From Gemmatimonadaceae bacterium (GTDB lineage Bacteria > Gemmatimonadota > Gemmatimonadetes > Gemmatimonadales > Gemmatimonadaceae), in NCBI GenBank assembly GCA_040902005.1, contig JBBDYA010000015.1, positions 1-12,821 of the forward strand: a DNA stretch of 12,821 bases, read 5' to 3'. Under the pieces are notes generated by a model that was given only the letters and a program-made list of their open reading frames with translations, did no database searches and was not told the DNA's origin. The position numbers and the translations under genes are program-made. Positions 1 to 6,604 of this stretch are shown here, piece after piece (position 1 is the stretch's first letter; the number at the start of each line of letters is the position of its first letter).

Positions 1-51
1 GATCGGGAACCTCGGGATACGTACACAGGCGACGCGCCACTCCGTTTGCAC
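1..51 (-). CDS. Probable 5' end of an ImuB-like Y-family DNA polymerase homolog (partial, runs off left edge)
   Basis: Manual translation: GTG at 51-49 gives MQTEWRVACVRIPRFPI, resembling the 'R(V/I)ACxxxPxFP' N-terminus of ImuB/Y-family proteins. A perfect SD GGAGGT (62-57) lies 5 nt upstream, and the gene overlaps the 3' part of an imuA-like gene. Only 17 codons are visible. Confidence 0.6.
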   Translation of the reverse strand, partial: MQTEWRVACVRIPRFPI

Positions 52-721
52 ACCCCACCTCCACTGCGTGTTGAAGACGACCCTCCCCCCCCCCTCCCCC
101 CCTGCCACTGCGCACGCTCTCCCCCTTTTCGATCGCGATCCGCAATCGCTGTCGTCGCCGGCTGACCCGCAATCGCACCGCGCCGCCCAGCTTCGTGGCG
201 CCGGCGGTGCCCACCGTGACGAACGCCGCGTTCGAGTCGCGCGCGAGCCCGGTGAGTCGCACCGCCACCGCGCGCGAGATCGGCGGCGCGGAATCGAGCA
301 CGACCAGCGAGAACGCCGCGCTGCGCAGCAGCACGTCGGCGCACCACGCGGCGTTCGAGACGCTCGGCGGACGCACGATCCACACGCCGATCTGGTGGCC
401 CAGATGGGCCCAGTCGCGCGGCGCGAGCGTGCGTGACGCATCGATGTAGGCGACCCACTCACCGCGTTCGACGGCGGCCTCCACGATCCGGCGCAGCAAG
501 GTGAGCTTCCCTGTCGCGCCCACGACTTCCGTGAGCCGTCCCCGCGGCAGGCCGCCGGACGCGAGCGCGCGATCGAGCGCGTCCATGCCCGTGGGCATCC
601 CCGGCGCCGGCGGCAGCGGTGCGGGGAGCAGCGCGCGCAGCGTCTCGATCGCGAGCGCGGACGACGCCGCACGCAGGGTGATCGTGGACGAATGATCGAT
701 GGCGGTCGAAGCAGCACTCAC
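1..721 (-). CDS. ImuA-like RecA-fold protein (3' end outside window)
   Basis: Not in the ORF track because there is no stop in the window. The frame is open from GTG 721: MSAASTAIDH...GMPTGMDALDRALASGGLPRGRLTEVVGATGKLTLLRRIVEAAVERGEWVAYIDASRTLAPRDW...VWIVRP...AAWCADVLLRSAAFSLVVLDS...RLTGLAR. It shows RecA/ImuA hallmarks: TGxxxLDxxLxxGGLPRGRLTE, a degenerate Walker A, the YID strand and Walker B LVVLD. The start codon is uncertain. Confidence 0.85.
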   Translation of the reverse strand, partial: MSAASTAIDHSSTITLRAASSALAIETLRALLPAPLPPAPGMPTGMDALDRALASGGLPRGRLTEVVGATGKLTLLRRIVEAAVERGEWVAYIDASRTLAPRDWAHLGHQIGVWIVRPPSVSNAAWCADVLLRSAAFSLVVLDSAPPISRAVAVRLTGLARDSNAAFVTVGTAGATKLGGAVRLRVSRRRQRLRIAIEKGESVRSGRGGGGGEGRLQHAVEVGCANGVARRLCTYPEVPD

Positions 722-754
722 GAGAAAATCAGGGTTGCAGGGATCGAGCCGTAC

Positions 755-770
755 CCGAAGAAAGACCGAA
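755..770 (-). promoter_or_regulatory. Candidate DNA-damage operator TTCGG-N6-TTCGG (TTCGGTCTTTCTTCGG) upstream of the imuA-like gene
   Basis: Direct repeat with an 11-bp period, 14/16 identical to the site at 1934-1949. It lies immediately downstream of a candidate sigma70 promoter. Confidence 0.65.
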
Positions 771-799
771 AATGTGGGGGAAGAAAAGGGAACCGTCAA
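771..799 (-). promoter_or_regulatory. Candidate sigma70 promoter for imuA-imuB
   Basis: Minus strand TTGACG (799-794), 17-nt spacer, CACATT (776-771). The -10 is weak (3/6 match). Confidence 0.4.
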
Positions 800-816
800 C
801 AGTTTTCTGCTGACGG
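781..816 (-). terminator. Putative intrinsic terminator after the radical SAM gene
   Basis: Minus strand CCGTCAGCAG-AAAA-CTGTTGACGG forms a 10-bp stem with one G:U pair, followed by TTCCCTTTTCTT. It lies about 30 nt after the stop at 848. The U-tract is imperfect. Confidence 0.5.
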
Positions 817-817
817 C

Positions 818-837
818 TTATCCACAGCTTGTCCACA
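818..837 (+). promoter_or_regulatory. Two tandem DnaA boxes
   Basis: TTATCCACA at 818-826 (perfect consensus) and TTGTCCACA at 829-837 (high-GC variant). Same orientation, 11-bp period, intergenic. Confidence 0.6.
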
Positions 838-847
838 CACTGCTGGA

Positions 848-1921
848 TCAGAATGCGAACAGCAGCTGACAGTCGAGCGGTGTCTCCGCCTCGTCCACGT
901 CGTCGTCGTCACTGGCTTCGCGCCCGAACGGCACGCCATATCGCGCGCACACTTTCCTGAAATACCGTGACAGCCCCTCGCGGTAGCGATCCCCAGCGTG
1001 GTGGCTGCGTCCGTAAGTGGCGCGATACCGCGGCGCGAGATCCGGAAACTCCTTCTCGATGAACGGCAGGTACCGCTGGCGCGCCGCCGAGCGCAACCGG
1101 AGCGCGCAGGCATTGATGTACGACGCGCCCGCGTCCGCGATCGCCTTCACCAGCGGCTCAAGCTGATCCGGCTGGTCCGTGATCCCCGGCAACACCGGCA
1201 TCACGTTGATCCCGGCCTCGATGCCGTGGTCGCGCAGCCGCGCGAGCGCGCGCAACCGCGCCTCGGGAGTGGGCGCGCGCGGTTCCAGGCGCCGCGCCAG
1301 CTCGCGATCGATCGTGATGAGCGAGAGGTGCACGCTGATCCGGTTGTGGCGCTGAATTCTCCTCAGTAAATCGACGTCGCGCGTGACCAGCGGGCTCTTC
1401 GTGATGATCCAGCAGTGCAACCCCTCGTGCTCCGCCAGCACCTCGAGAATGCCACGCGTGATCCGGAAGCGTCGCTCGGCCGGCTGATACGGATCGGTCG
1501 CCGTGCCGATGCCGATCCCTTCGCCTTTCAGCAGGTTCAGGTGCCGGTCGGACCCGTGCCGGAGCGTGCGACGCAGCACCTCTGCCGCGTTTTCCTTGAC
1601 GAAGATCTGTCGCTCGAACGCGAGCCAGGGCGGCAGCGTCTCGAACGCCTCGCGCAGCAGCGTCTGCTCGGGATGCGCCGACACGGAGCGCTCGATGACG
1701 TAGCGGTGCGCGTAGCGCGCGTAGCAGTAGGCGCAGCCAAAGGCGCAACCCACGTAAGGATTGATAGACCAGAACCCCATCCCCGTGACATCCGTTCCGT
1801 TGAGCACCGACTTCGCGCGCGTGGCGTAATACCGGATGTCCTTCTGCTCTCCAAGCACCGGAAGGGCGGGGCGCTGGAGGGTCTTGTCCGTGTGGAAATC
1901 GAAGAGCGACGGCGACTGCAT
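848..1921 (-). CDS. Radical SAM protein, SplB-like / Rv2578c-PA0069-type putative DNA repair family (357 aa)
   Basis: SINPYVGCAFGCAYCYAR (CxxxCxxC), GTATDPYQPAE, IITKSPLVTRD, LEPRAPTPEARL and PVLPGITD. Start moved to ATG 1921 (MQSPSLFDF) because the upstream extension covers promoter-like sequence. Confidence 0.9.
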   Translation of the reverse strand: MQSPSLFDFHTDKTLQRPALPVLGEQKDIRYYATRAKSVLNGTDVTGMGFWSINPYVGCAFGCAYCYARYAHRYVIERSVSAHPEQTLLREAFETLPPWLAFERQIFVKENAAEVLRRTLRHGSDRHLNLLKGEGIGIGTATDPYQPAERRFRITRGILEVLAEHEGLHCWIITKSPLVTRDVDLLRRIQRHNRISVHLSLITIDRELARRLEPRAPTPEARLRALARLRDHGIEAGINVMPVLPGITDQPDQLEPLVKAIADAGASYINACALRLRSAARQRYLPFIEKEFPDLAPRYRATYGRSHHAGDRYREGLSRYFRKVCARYGVPFGREASDDDDVDEAETPLDCQLLFAF

Positions 1922-1926
1922 ACCGG

Positions 1927-1956
1927 CAACTAACCGAAGAAATGCCGAAGCCGCAA
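1927..1956 (-). promoter_or_regulatory. Candidate promoter of the radical SAM gene with the operator TTCGGCATTTCTTCGG (1949-1934) filling the -35/-10 spacer
   Basis: Minus strand TTGCGG (1956-1951), then CTTCGGCATTTCTTCGG, then TTAGTTG, then CCGGT and ATG. Second copy of the TTCGG-N6-TTCGG motif. Confidence 0.6.
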
Positions 1957-2035
1957 TGGGACATTGCCGGCGTGCGCACATCCCAGGTCCGGAGCCCATA
2001 TCCCGTGTCCCGGTTTCGAACTAGAATCCCACTCC

Positions 2036-2338
2036 ATGCCGACCGCACTTTCCGACCTCGAGATCAGACGCGGCCTCGCCTCGCTTCCCGGCTGGACGCG
2101 CAAGGGCAAGGCGCTCGCGAAGACGTACAGCTTTGCGCGCTTCGGCGACGGGATCCGGTTCGTGAGTCAGGTGGCGGAGGTGGCGGACGGGATGGATCAT
2201 CATCCCGACATCGACGTCCGCTACACGGACATCACCTTCTCGCTCTCCTCGCACGACGCCGGCGGCATCACGCAGCGCGACCTGGATCTCGCGAAAGGGA
2301 TCGAGGACGCGGCGGGGTTCGAGAAGCCGAAGAGCTGA
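2036..2338 (+). CDS. Pterin-4-alpha-carbinolamine dehydratase family protein (PhhB/PCD, 100 aa)
   Basis: LPGW...L.KTYSFARFGDGIRFV..VAEVADGMDHHPDIDVRY...LSSHDAGGITQRDLDLA carries the diagnostic HHPD and HD.GG.T..D motifs. ATG 2036 is preceded by TAGAAT at 2022-2027. Confidence 0.92.
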   Translation: MPTALSDLEIRRGLASLPGWTRKGKALAKTYSFARFGDGIRFVSQVAEVADGMDHHPDIDVRYTDITFSLSSHDAGGITQRDLDLAKGIEDAAGFEKPKS

Positions 2339-2377
2339 CCGGTCCCGGCGCCCGGATCTATCGGCGTCGCGCGAGCC

Positions 2378-3109
2378 TCAGAGCCCGGCGAACAGGTCGT
2401 CCACGATCGGCGCGGGTTGCGCCGCGCCCGCGGCGAGCGCGAACAGCTCGTCATCCGTCGCCGAGGTTTCCTCGAAGCGCTGCTGCAATGCCTGCTGCGA
2501 CGCGTGGGCGTGGAACGCCGCCAGTTCCTGCGCGCGGTACGCCCGCACGTCGATCCGCGCGGTGGCGGGCACGCCCTGCGTCTGGAGCACGGCGCCGGCC
2601 TGTGGCCTGGGCCAGGTGACGTAGTACAGCCGTGCCGGCGCATGGGGCGCGAGGCCGTCGGTGATCTGTGACGCGTACGCGGTCTCGAGGGGGGCGAGGA
2701 AAAACGCCGCTGTGGCCGCGCGAGAGATCGCCTTGTGGTCCGGGTGCGTGTTCGGTGCCCCTTCCGGTCCGAAGGTGATGATGACCTGCGGACGCTCGCG
2801 CCGAATGTGGCGCACCACTTCGCCGATGAGATCATCGGGATTCACCGCGCCCAGCGCGCCGTCGCCGTGCCCAGGCGTCTCCACGGCGTCGAATCCGAGG
2901 ATGTGAGCCGCGGCCTTCAGCTCGGTCCGTCGCAGCGCGCCGAGCTCCGCTCTGGAGCTGATCGCCAGTCCGGACGTCTTGCCGGCGTCACCGTCGGTGG
3001 CGCAGTACACGGTGCAGCGCACGCCGGCCTGGGCGTACTTCGCAAAGGTCCCGCCGCCGGAGAAGGTCTCGTCGTCGGGGTGGGCGTAGACGCCCGTCAG
3101 CGTGAACAT
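2378..3109 (-). CDS. PIG-L/LmbE family N-acetyl deacetylase (MshB/BshB-like, 243 aa)
   Basis: MFTLTGVYAHPDDE, ATDGDAG, LRRTEL..AA.ILG, RPQVIITFGPEG and HPDH metal/catalytic motifs. True start taken as ATG 3109 rather than the 3970 start in the ORF track. Confidence 0.9.
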   Translation of the reverse strand: MFTLTGVYAHPDDETFSGGGTFAKYAQAGVRCTVYCATDGDAGKTSGLAISSRAELGALRRTELKAAAHILGFDAVETPGHGDGALGAVNPDDLIGEVVRHIRRERPQVIITFGPEGAPNTHPDHKAISRAATAAFFLAPLETAYASQITDGLAPHAPARLYYVTWPRPQAGAVLQTQGVPATARIDVRAYRAQELAAFHAHASQQALQQRFEETSATDDELFALAAGAAQPAPIVDDLFAGL

Positions 3110-3144
3110 GGCAGGCGGGGAAGAGGAGAGCGGACTCGTCGAAC

Positions 3145-3978
3145 TTATCGCTTTCGCAGCTCGACGTTCCCATTCACCGTGGAGAGGCGGATGCGGGGAC
3201 CACCCTTGCCCACCGAGGCCCGAAGCCGGCGCGGATCGATTCGTCCGCTGATCGTCACCGGGAAATCCGTCCTGTAGCGGCCGTTCACCGTGCTGAGATC
3301 CACCTCGGCGTCGAGGTCGCCCCCGAACTCCGCGATCACGGTGCCGTTCACGCTCGAGAAGCGCAGGTCCGAGCGCAGGTCGAAGCTGCCCATGCTGGCG
3401 CGCACGCTGCCGTTGACGGTGTTGGCGCTGACCGGGCCGCTCAGTGTCGAGACGTAGACGGACCCGTTGACACTCCCCGCATCCACCTCGCCGGCGACGC
3501 CCTCCACGCGCACCTCGCCGTTCACCCCGTGTGCCGCGACCTTGACCCCCCGTGGCACGAGCACGCGGAACTCCACGGTCACGTCGTTGGTCCGGTTGCG
3601 ATTGGTGCCGCGCGAGCGGTATCCGTTCTCGCTGCACGTCGAGTTGTCGCCCCAGAGCGCGCAGATCAGCACGTCCTGGTTGTCGGCGCCAAAGCGCTGC
3701 ACCTCGAACCGGACGTACTCGGGATCGCCACGCCGGGTGCGCCGCGTTGCCGTGACTTCCACCCGGCTGCCCGCGGTGCTCTGCACGCTGACCGGGCCGT
3801 TCAGGTTCCGCAGCATGATCCATCGGGATTGCGGGATCTCGCCGGACCAGGTGAACACATCGCGATCGAGACGCCCGCCCCCTTCCTGCGCAAGCGACTG
3901 CGACGGCGCGAGCGCCATCATCGCGACGGCGAGCGTCGCCGCCAATGTCCTCCCTCCAACCTTCTGCCACTGCGTCAT
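3145..3978 (-). CDS. Exported DUF4097 family beta-strand repeat protein (277 aa)
   Basis: Signal-peptide-like N-terminus and repeated (S/T)VNG.V motifs. Ends in GKGGPRIRLSTVNGNVELRK. SD GAGGAG upstream. Confidence 0.85.
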   Translation of the reverse strand: MTQWQKVGGRTLAATLAVAMMALAPSQSLAQEGGGRLDRDVFTWSGEIPQSRWIMLRNLNGPVSVQSTAGSRVEVTATRRTRRGDPEYVRFEVQRFGADNQDVLICALWGDNSTCSENGYRSRGTNRNRTNDVTVEFRVLVPRGVKVAAHGVNGEVRVEGVAGEVDAGSVNGSVYVSTLSGPVSANTVNGSVRASMGSFDLRSDLRFSSVNGTVIAEFGGDLDAEVDLSTVNGRYRTDFPVTISGRIDPRRLRASVGKGGPRIRLSTVNGNVELRKR

Positions 3979-4030
3979 GCCGGCTCCTCGCGCCGCGGCT
4001 CGCGGCGGGCTGATGTCAAGCTGCGTGGTG

Positions 4031-4840
4031 CTATCTGGCGGAGCGGAGGCGAACGTCGCCGCTCACGGTGCGTACCTCGAGATCACGTCCCCCCTCGCCG
4101 ATGCGCGCCTCGACCCGATTGCGGCTCATGCGGCCATTGAGGGTGAGCGGGAAGTCACTGTCCAGAGACCCGCTGACGCTGCGCATGGTCACATCCGCGT
4201 TGACCGTGCGGGGCAGCTCCGCGGTGACGTCGCCGCTCACGGAAGTGAACGTCAGTGAACCGCTGCCGGTCAGGGCCGCGATGCTCACGTCCACGTCGCC
4301 GCTCACCGACGTGGCGCGCACGCTGCTGACGCGCAGGGCCTCCATGCGGACGTCGCCGCTCACGGACCCCGCCCGCACGTCGCCCTCCGCGCCGACGACG
4401 CTCACGTTCCCGCTCACCGAATTGGCACTCACGACCATCGACTTCGGCAGCGTCACGCGGATGTCGATGCGCGCGTCGTCCCAATCGCCGTCGCGCCACC
4501 CGCGGCGGTTGCGCACCCGGAGTCCGTTCTCGCTGCAGTCCATGTCGGCGTCCTGGAACATCGCGCAGACCGTGATGCCGGTCGCCGTCTCGATCACCTC
4601 GATCGTGACGTCCTCGCGAGCGCGCTCCCGGCCCTGCCGGACACCCACGATCGACACCCGGTCCGTGGCCGAGGCGGTCACGATGACGTCGCCATTGAGG
4701 TTGTGCACGCGCACCGTGCTGCCGGCGGCGAGCGCTTTCTCCCAGCGGACGTCGGGCTGCGCGGCGGTGGCCTGCGCGCCCGCCGGTGCGGCGGCGGCGG
4801 CGGCGAGGACGAGCGCGAGGGCGGTTTGACGCATGTGCAT
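4031..4840 (-). CDS. Exported DUF4097 family beta-strand repeat protein (269 aa)
   Basis: Start at ATG 4840 or 4834 (MHMRQTALALVLAAAAAAPAGA|Q signal peptide). Repeated SVSGDV motifs, DSDFPL, and C-terminal IGEGGRDLEVRTVSGDVRL. Confidence 0.85.
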   Translation of the reverse strand: MHMRQTALALVLAAAAAAPAGAQATAAQPDVRWEKALAAGSTVRVHNLNGDVIVTASATDRVSIVGVRQGRERAREDVTIEVIETATGITVCAMFQDADMDCSENGLRVRNRRGWRDGDWDDARIDIRVTLPKSMVVSANSVSGNVSVVGAEGDVRAGSVSGDVRMEALRVSSVRATSVSGDVDVSIAALTGSGSLTFTSVSGDVTAELPRTVNADVTMRSVSGSLDSDFPLTLNGRMSRNRVEARIGEGGRDLEVRTVSGDVRLRSAR

Positions 4841-4850
4841 GGCGGGTGTC

Positions 4851-5744
4851 CTATCGGTTGCTGGTTCTGGAGCGGATGGTGATGTCGCCGCTGAAGCTCT
4901 CGGCGCTGATGCGCGCGTCGCCCTGACCGATGTCGAAGCTGAAGCGCCGGGTGGACCCCATTCCGTGCTCGCCCGGCTTGAGCGTGATCGGAAAGTCGCT
5001 CTCGATGCTGCCGTTGTACGTGGACACACTGAGCAGCGCGCCGGTGTTCTGCGGCACCACGAGGTAGATGTCCCCCGAGTGCGATCCCAGTTCGTACCGT
5101 CCGGTGCCGTGCACGGAGCCGTCGAAGGTCACGTCGCCGCTGGTGGACTTCGCGCGGACGTACCGGGCGACCACGTCGCGCAGTTCGATGTCGCCGCTGA
5201 CCGACGTCACCTCCACGTCGCCCTGAACGCCCGTGATCTCCATGTCGCCGTTCAGCGTGTTGACCTCCACGTTCCCCGCGAGGTTTCGCGCGACGAGGTC
5301 TCCGGAATAGGTGCGGAGCTCGATGATCTCGGCCGCATCCTCCACGGTCAGATCGCCGCTCTGCGTGCTGGCCTCCACAATACCCCTGGTGCCGGACACC
5401 GACACGTCGCCGGCGGTGGCGCGGGCGCTGACGCGCGCGCCGACGGGGACGGTCACCTCGAAGCGCGTGTTGCCGCCATGGGCGCGCGACAGGTCCAGTG
5501 ACAGGCGGGTGGACGTGGCATCCATCCGGATCACGCCGCGCTCCGAGCGGGCGCGGACACGAATCTGCGGCCGGTCCCAGGCGGTGACGACGATGTCGCC
5601 GTTGCCCGCCGACAGCGAAACCGTGCCGCGCCGGTCGAACGCGAACGTCGAATCGATGTCGCTCTCGGTGGCGCTCCTGTTCTGCGCCGCGGCGGGCAGG
5701 GCCGCCGCGACCAGCAGGGCAGGGAGCAGAAGGGTGCGATACAT
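4851..5744 (-). CDS. Exported DUF4097 family beta-strand repeat protein (297 aa)
   Basis: Start at ATG 5744 (MYRTLLLPALLVAAALPAAA|Q signal peptide) with SD GAGG. Repeated (S/T)xSGD(V/I/L) motifs, ESDFPI, and C-terminal IGQGDARISAESFSGDITI. Confidence 0.85.
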   Translation of the reverse strand: MYRTLLLPALLVAAALPAAAQNRSATESDIDSTFAFDRRGTVSLSAGNGDIVVTAWDRPQIRVRARSERGVIRMDATSTRLSLDLSRAHGGNTRFEVTVPVGARVSARATAGDVSVSGTRGIVEASTQSGDLTVEDAAEIIELRTYSGDLVARNLAGNVEVNTLNGDMEITGVQGDVEVTSVSGDIELRDVVARYVRAKSTSGDVTFDGSVHGTGRYELGSHSGDIYLVVPQNTGALLSVSTYNGSIESDFPITLKPGEHGMGSTRRFSFDIGQGDARISAESFSGDITIRSRTSNR

Positions 5745-5755
5745 GGGGTTCGACC

Positions 5756-6604
5756 TCAGGTGCGACTCGGCAGCAGCGCCACGGTGCGCATCAGCTCCAC
5801 CTTGCTCCGGAGCGACTGGTTCAGGAATTCGATGAGGAAGCGGCTCGACGGATCGTCCGCGATGGCTCTCCTGGAATCCGCGATCGCGCTGTCGATCACG
5901 AACAGGTTCTTCTCGATGATGGCGACAGTCACCGGGTCCAGTTGGTTGCGGCGCTGTTCGATCAATGCGCGCAGTCGGGCGATCTCGCGATCGTAATCGG
6001 CTGTGAGCGTTGCTACCGCGAGCTGCACTTCCACGGAACGCACCGGCTCCCCGGTCGGCACCGTCGACACCGTCCGGACGGGCGTGCCGATGGCCGCCGC
6101 GACGCGTTGCGGCGCTCTGGCCGGTGCCGCACCAACCGCCGCGTCCAGGGTGACGCTCGGCGTGCTGTCCGGCGCGCGCTCGGTACTGGCGAGCGGAACC
6201 GACCGTTCCGCGACGGGCTCGACGCCGGTCGCCGGTACGGGCGCGCCGCCCCGGGCCGCGTAGCCCAGTACGGCCGCCACCAGCAGCGACGCCGCGAGCA
6301 TCGCACCCCGCAGCCATCCCGTGCGCGAGCGGCTGACCCACGTCGGCTGTCCCGTCCCGATCGACACCACGGGCGCTTCAATCCGCGCCGCGATGCCGGC
6401 CCACAGGTCGCGCGACGGCGTCAGCTCCGGCAGGTTCGCAGCGTCGATGCGCAGCTTGCGCAGATCCGCGAGCAGGGGCCCGCACTCGTCGCACGTGACG
6501 GCGTGCTGCTCGATCCCGGCGCGCGTCCCCTCATCCGTCTCGTGCTCCAGGTACGCCATCAGGCGTTCGCCGAACACGTCGCACGTCATCGACTGCTTCA
6601 TCAT
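5756..6604 (-). CDS. Zinc-binding (ZAS, zf-HC2) transmembrane anti-sigma factor
   Basis: N-terminal C...L.AYL......IEQHAVTCDEC (HxxxCxxC) and PSRDLWAGIAARI. One TM helix (AMLAASLLVAAVLGY), a Pro/Ala linker and a helical C-terminal domain. ATGA overlap with the sigma gene. Confidence 0.88.
   Translation of the reverse strand: MMKQSMTCDVFGERLMAYLEHETDEGTRAGIEQHAVTCDECGPLLADLRKLRIDAANLPELTPSRDLWAGIAARIEAPVVSIGTGQPTWVSRSRTGWLRGAMLAASLLVAAVLGYAARGGAPVPATGVEPVAERSVPLASTERAPDSTPSVTLDAAVGAAPARAPQRVAAAIGTPVRTVSTVPTGEPVRSVEVQLAVATLTADYDREIARLRALIEQRRNQLDPVTVAIIEKNLFVIDSAIADSRRAIADDPSSRFLIEFLNQSLRSKVELMRTVALLPSRT

Noticed and set aside
1..721. Calling the gene recA
   Set aside because: Walker A is truncated, the RecA signature C-terminal motifs are missing and the context is imuB-like.
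722..847. Possible oriC because of DnaA boxes
   Set aside because: Only two convincing boxes, no clear AT-rich unwinding element, and no dnaA/dnaN/gidA context in the window.
68..970. Plus-strand ORFs 68-436, 195-449, 501-695 and 692-970
   Set aside because: The first three are antisense shadows of the ImuA-like gene and the fourth runs across the regulatory spacer. None has recognisable motifs.
848..1921. Calling it a true spore photoproduct lyase (splB)
   Set aside because: The motifs fit the broader SplB-like/Rv2578c-type family and there is no sporulation context, so no gene symbol was assigned.
1927..1949. Match to the mycobacterial PafBC/RecA-NDp promoter (TGTCGG-N10-TA-N3-T)
   Set aside because: The hexamer differs and the spacing to TA is 12 nt rather than 10. 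A direct-repeat operator fits both sites better.
3110..3970. 530-aa ORF implying a long N-terminal fusion on the PIG-L deacetylase
   Set aside because: The extension is an alternative frame over the DUF4097 gene with Arg/Gly-rich shadow composition, and the domain begins at Met 3109.
5745..6341. N-terminal extensions of the DUF4097 ORFs (to 6341, and likewise to 5029)
   Set aside because: They overlap upstream genes out of frame, and signal peptides and SD sites support starts at 5744 and 4840.
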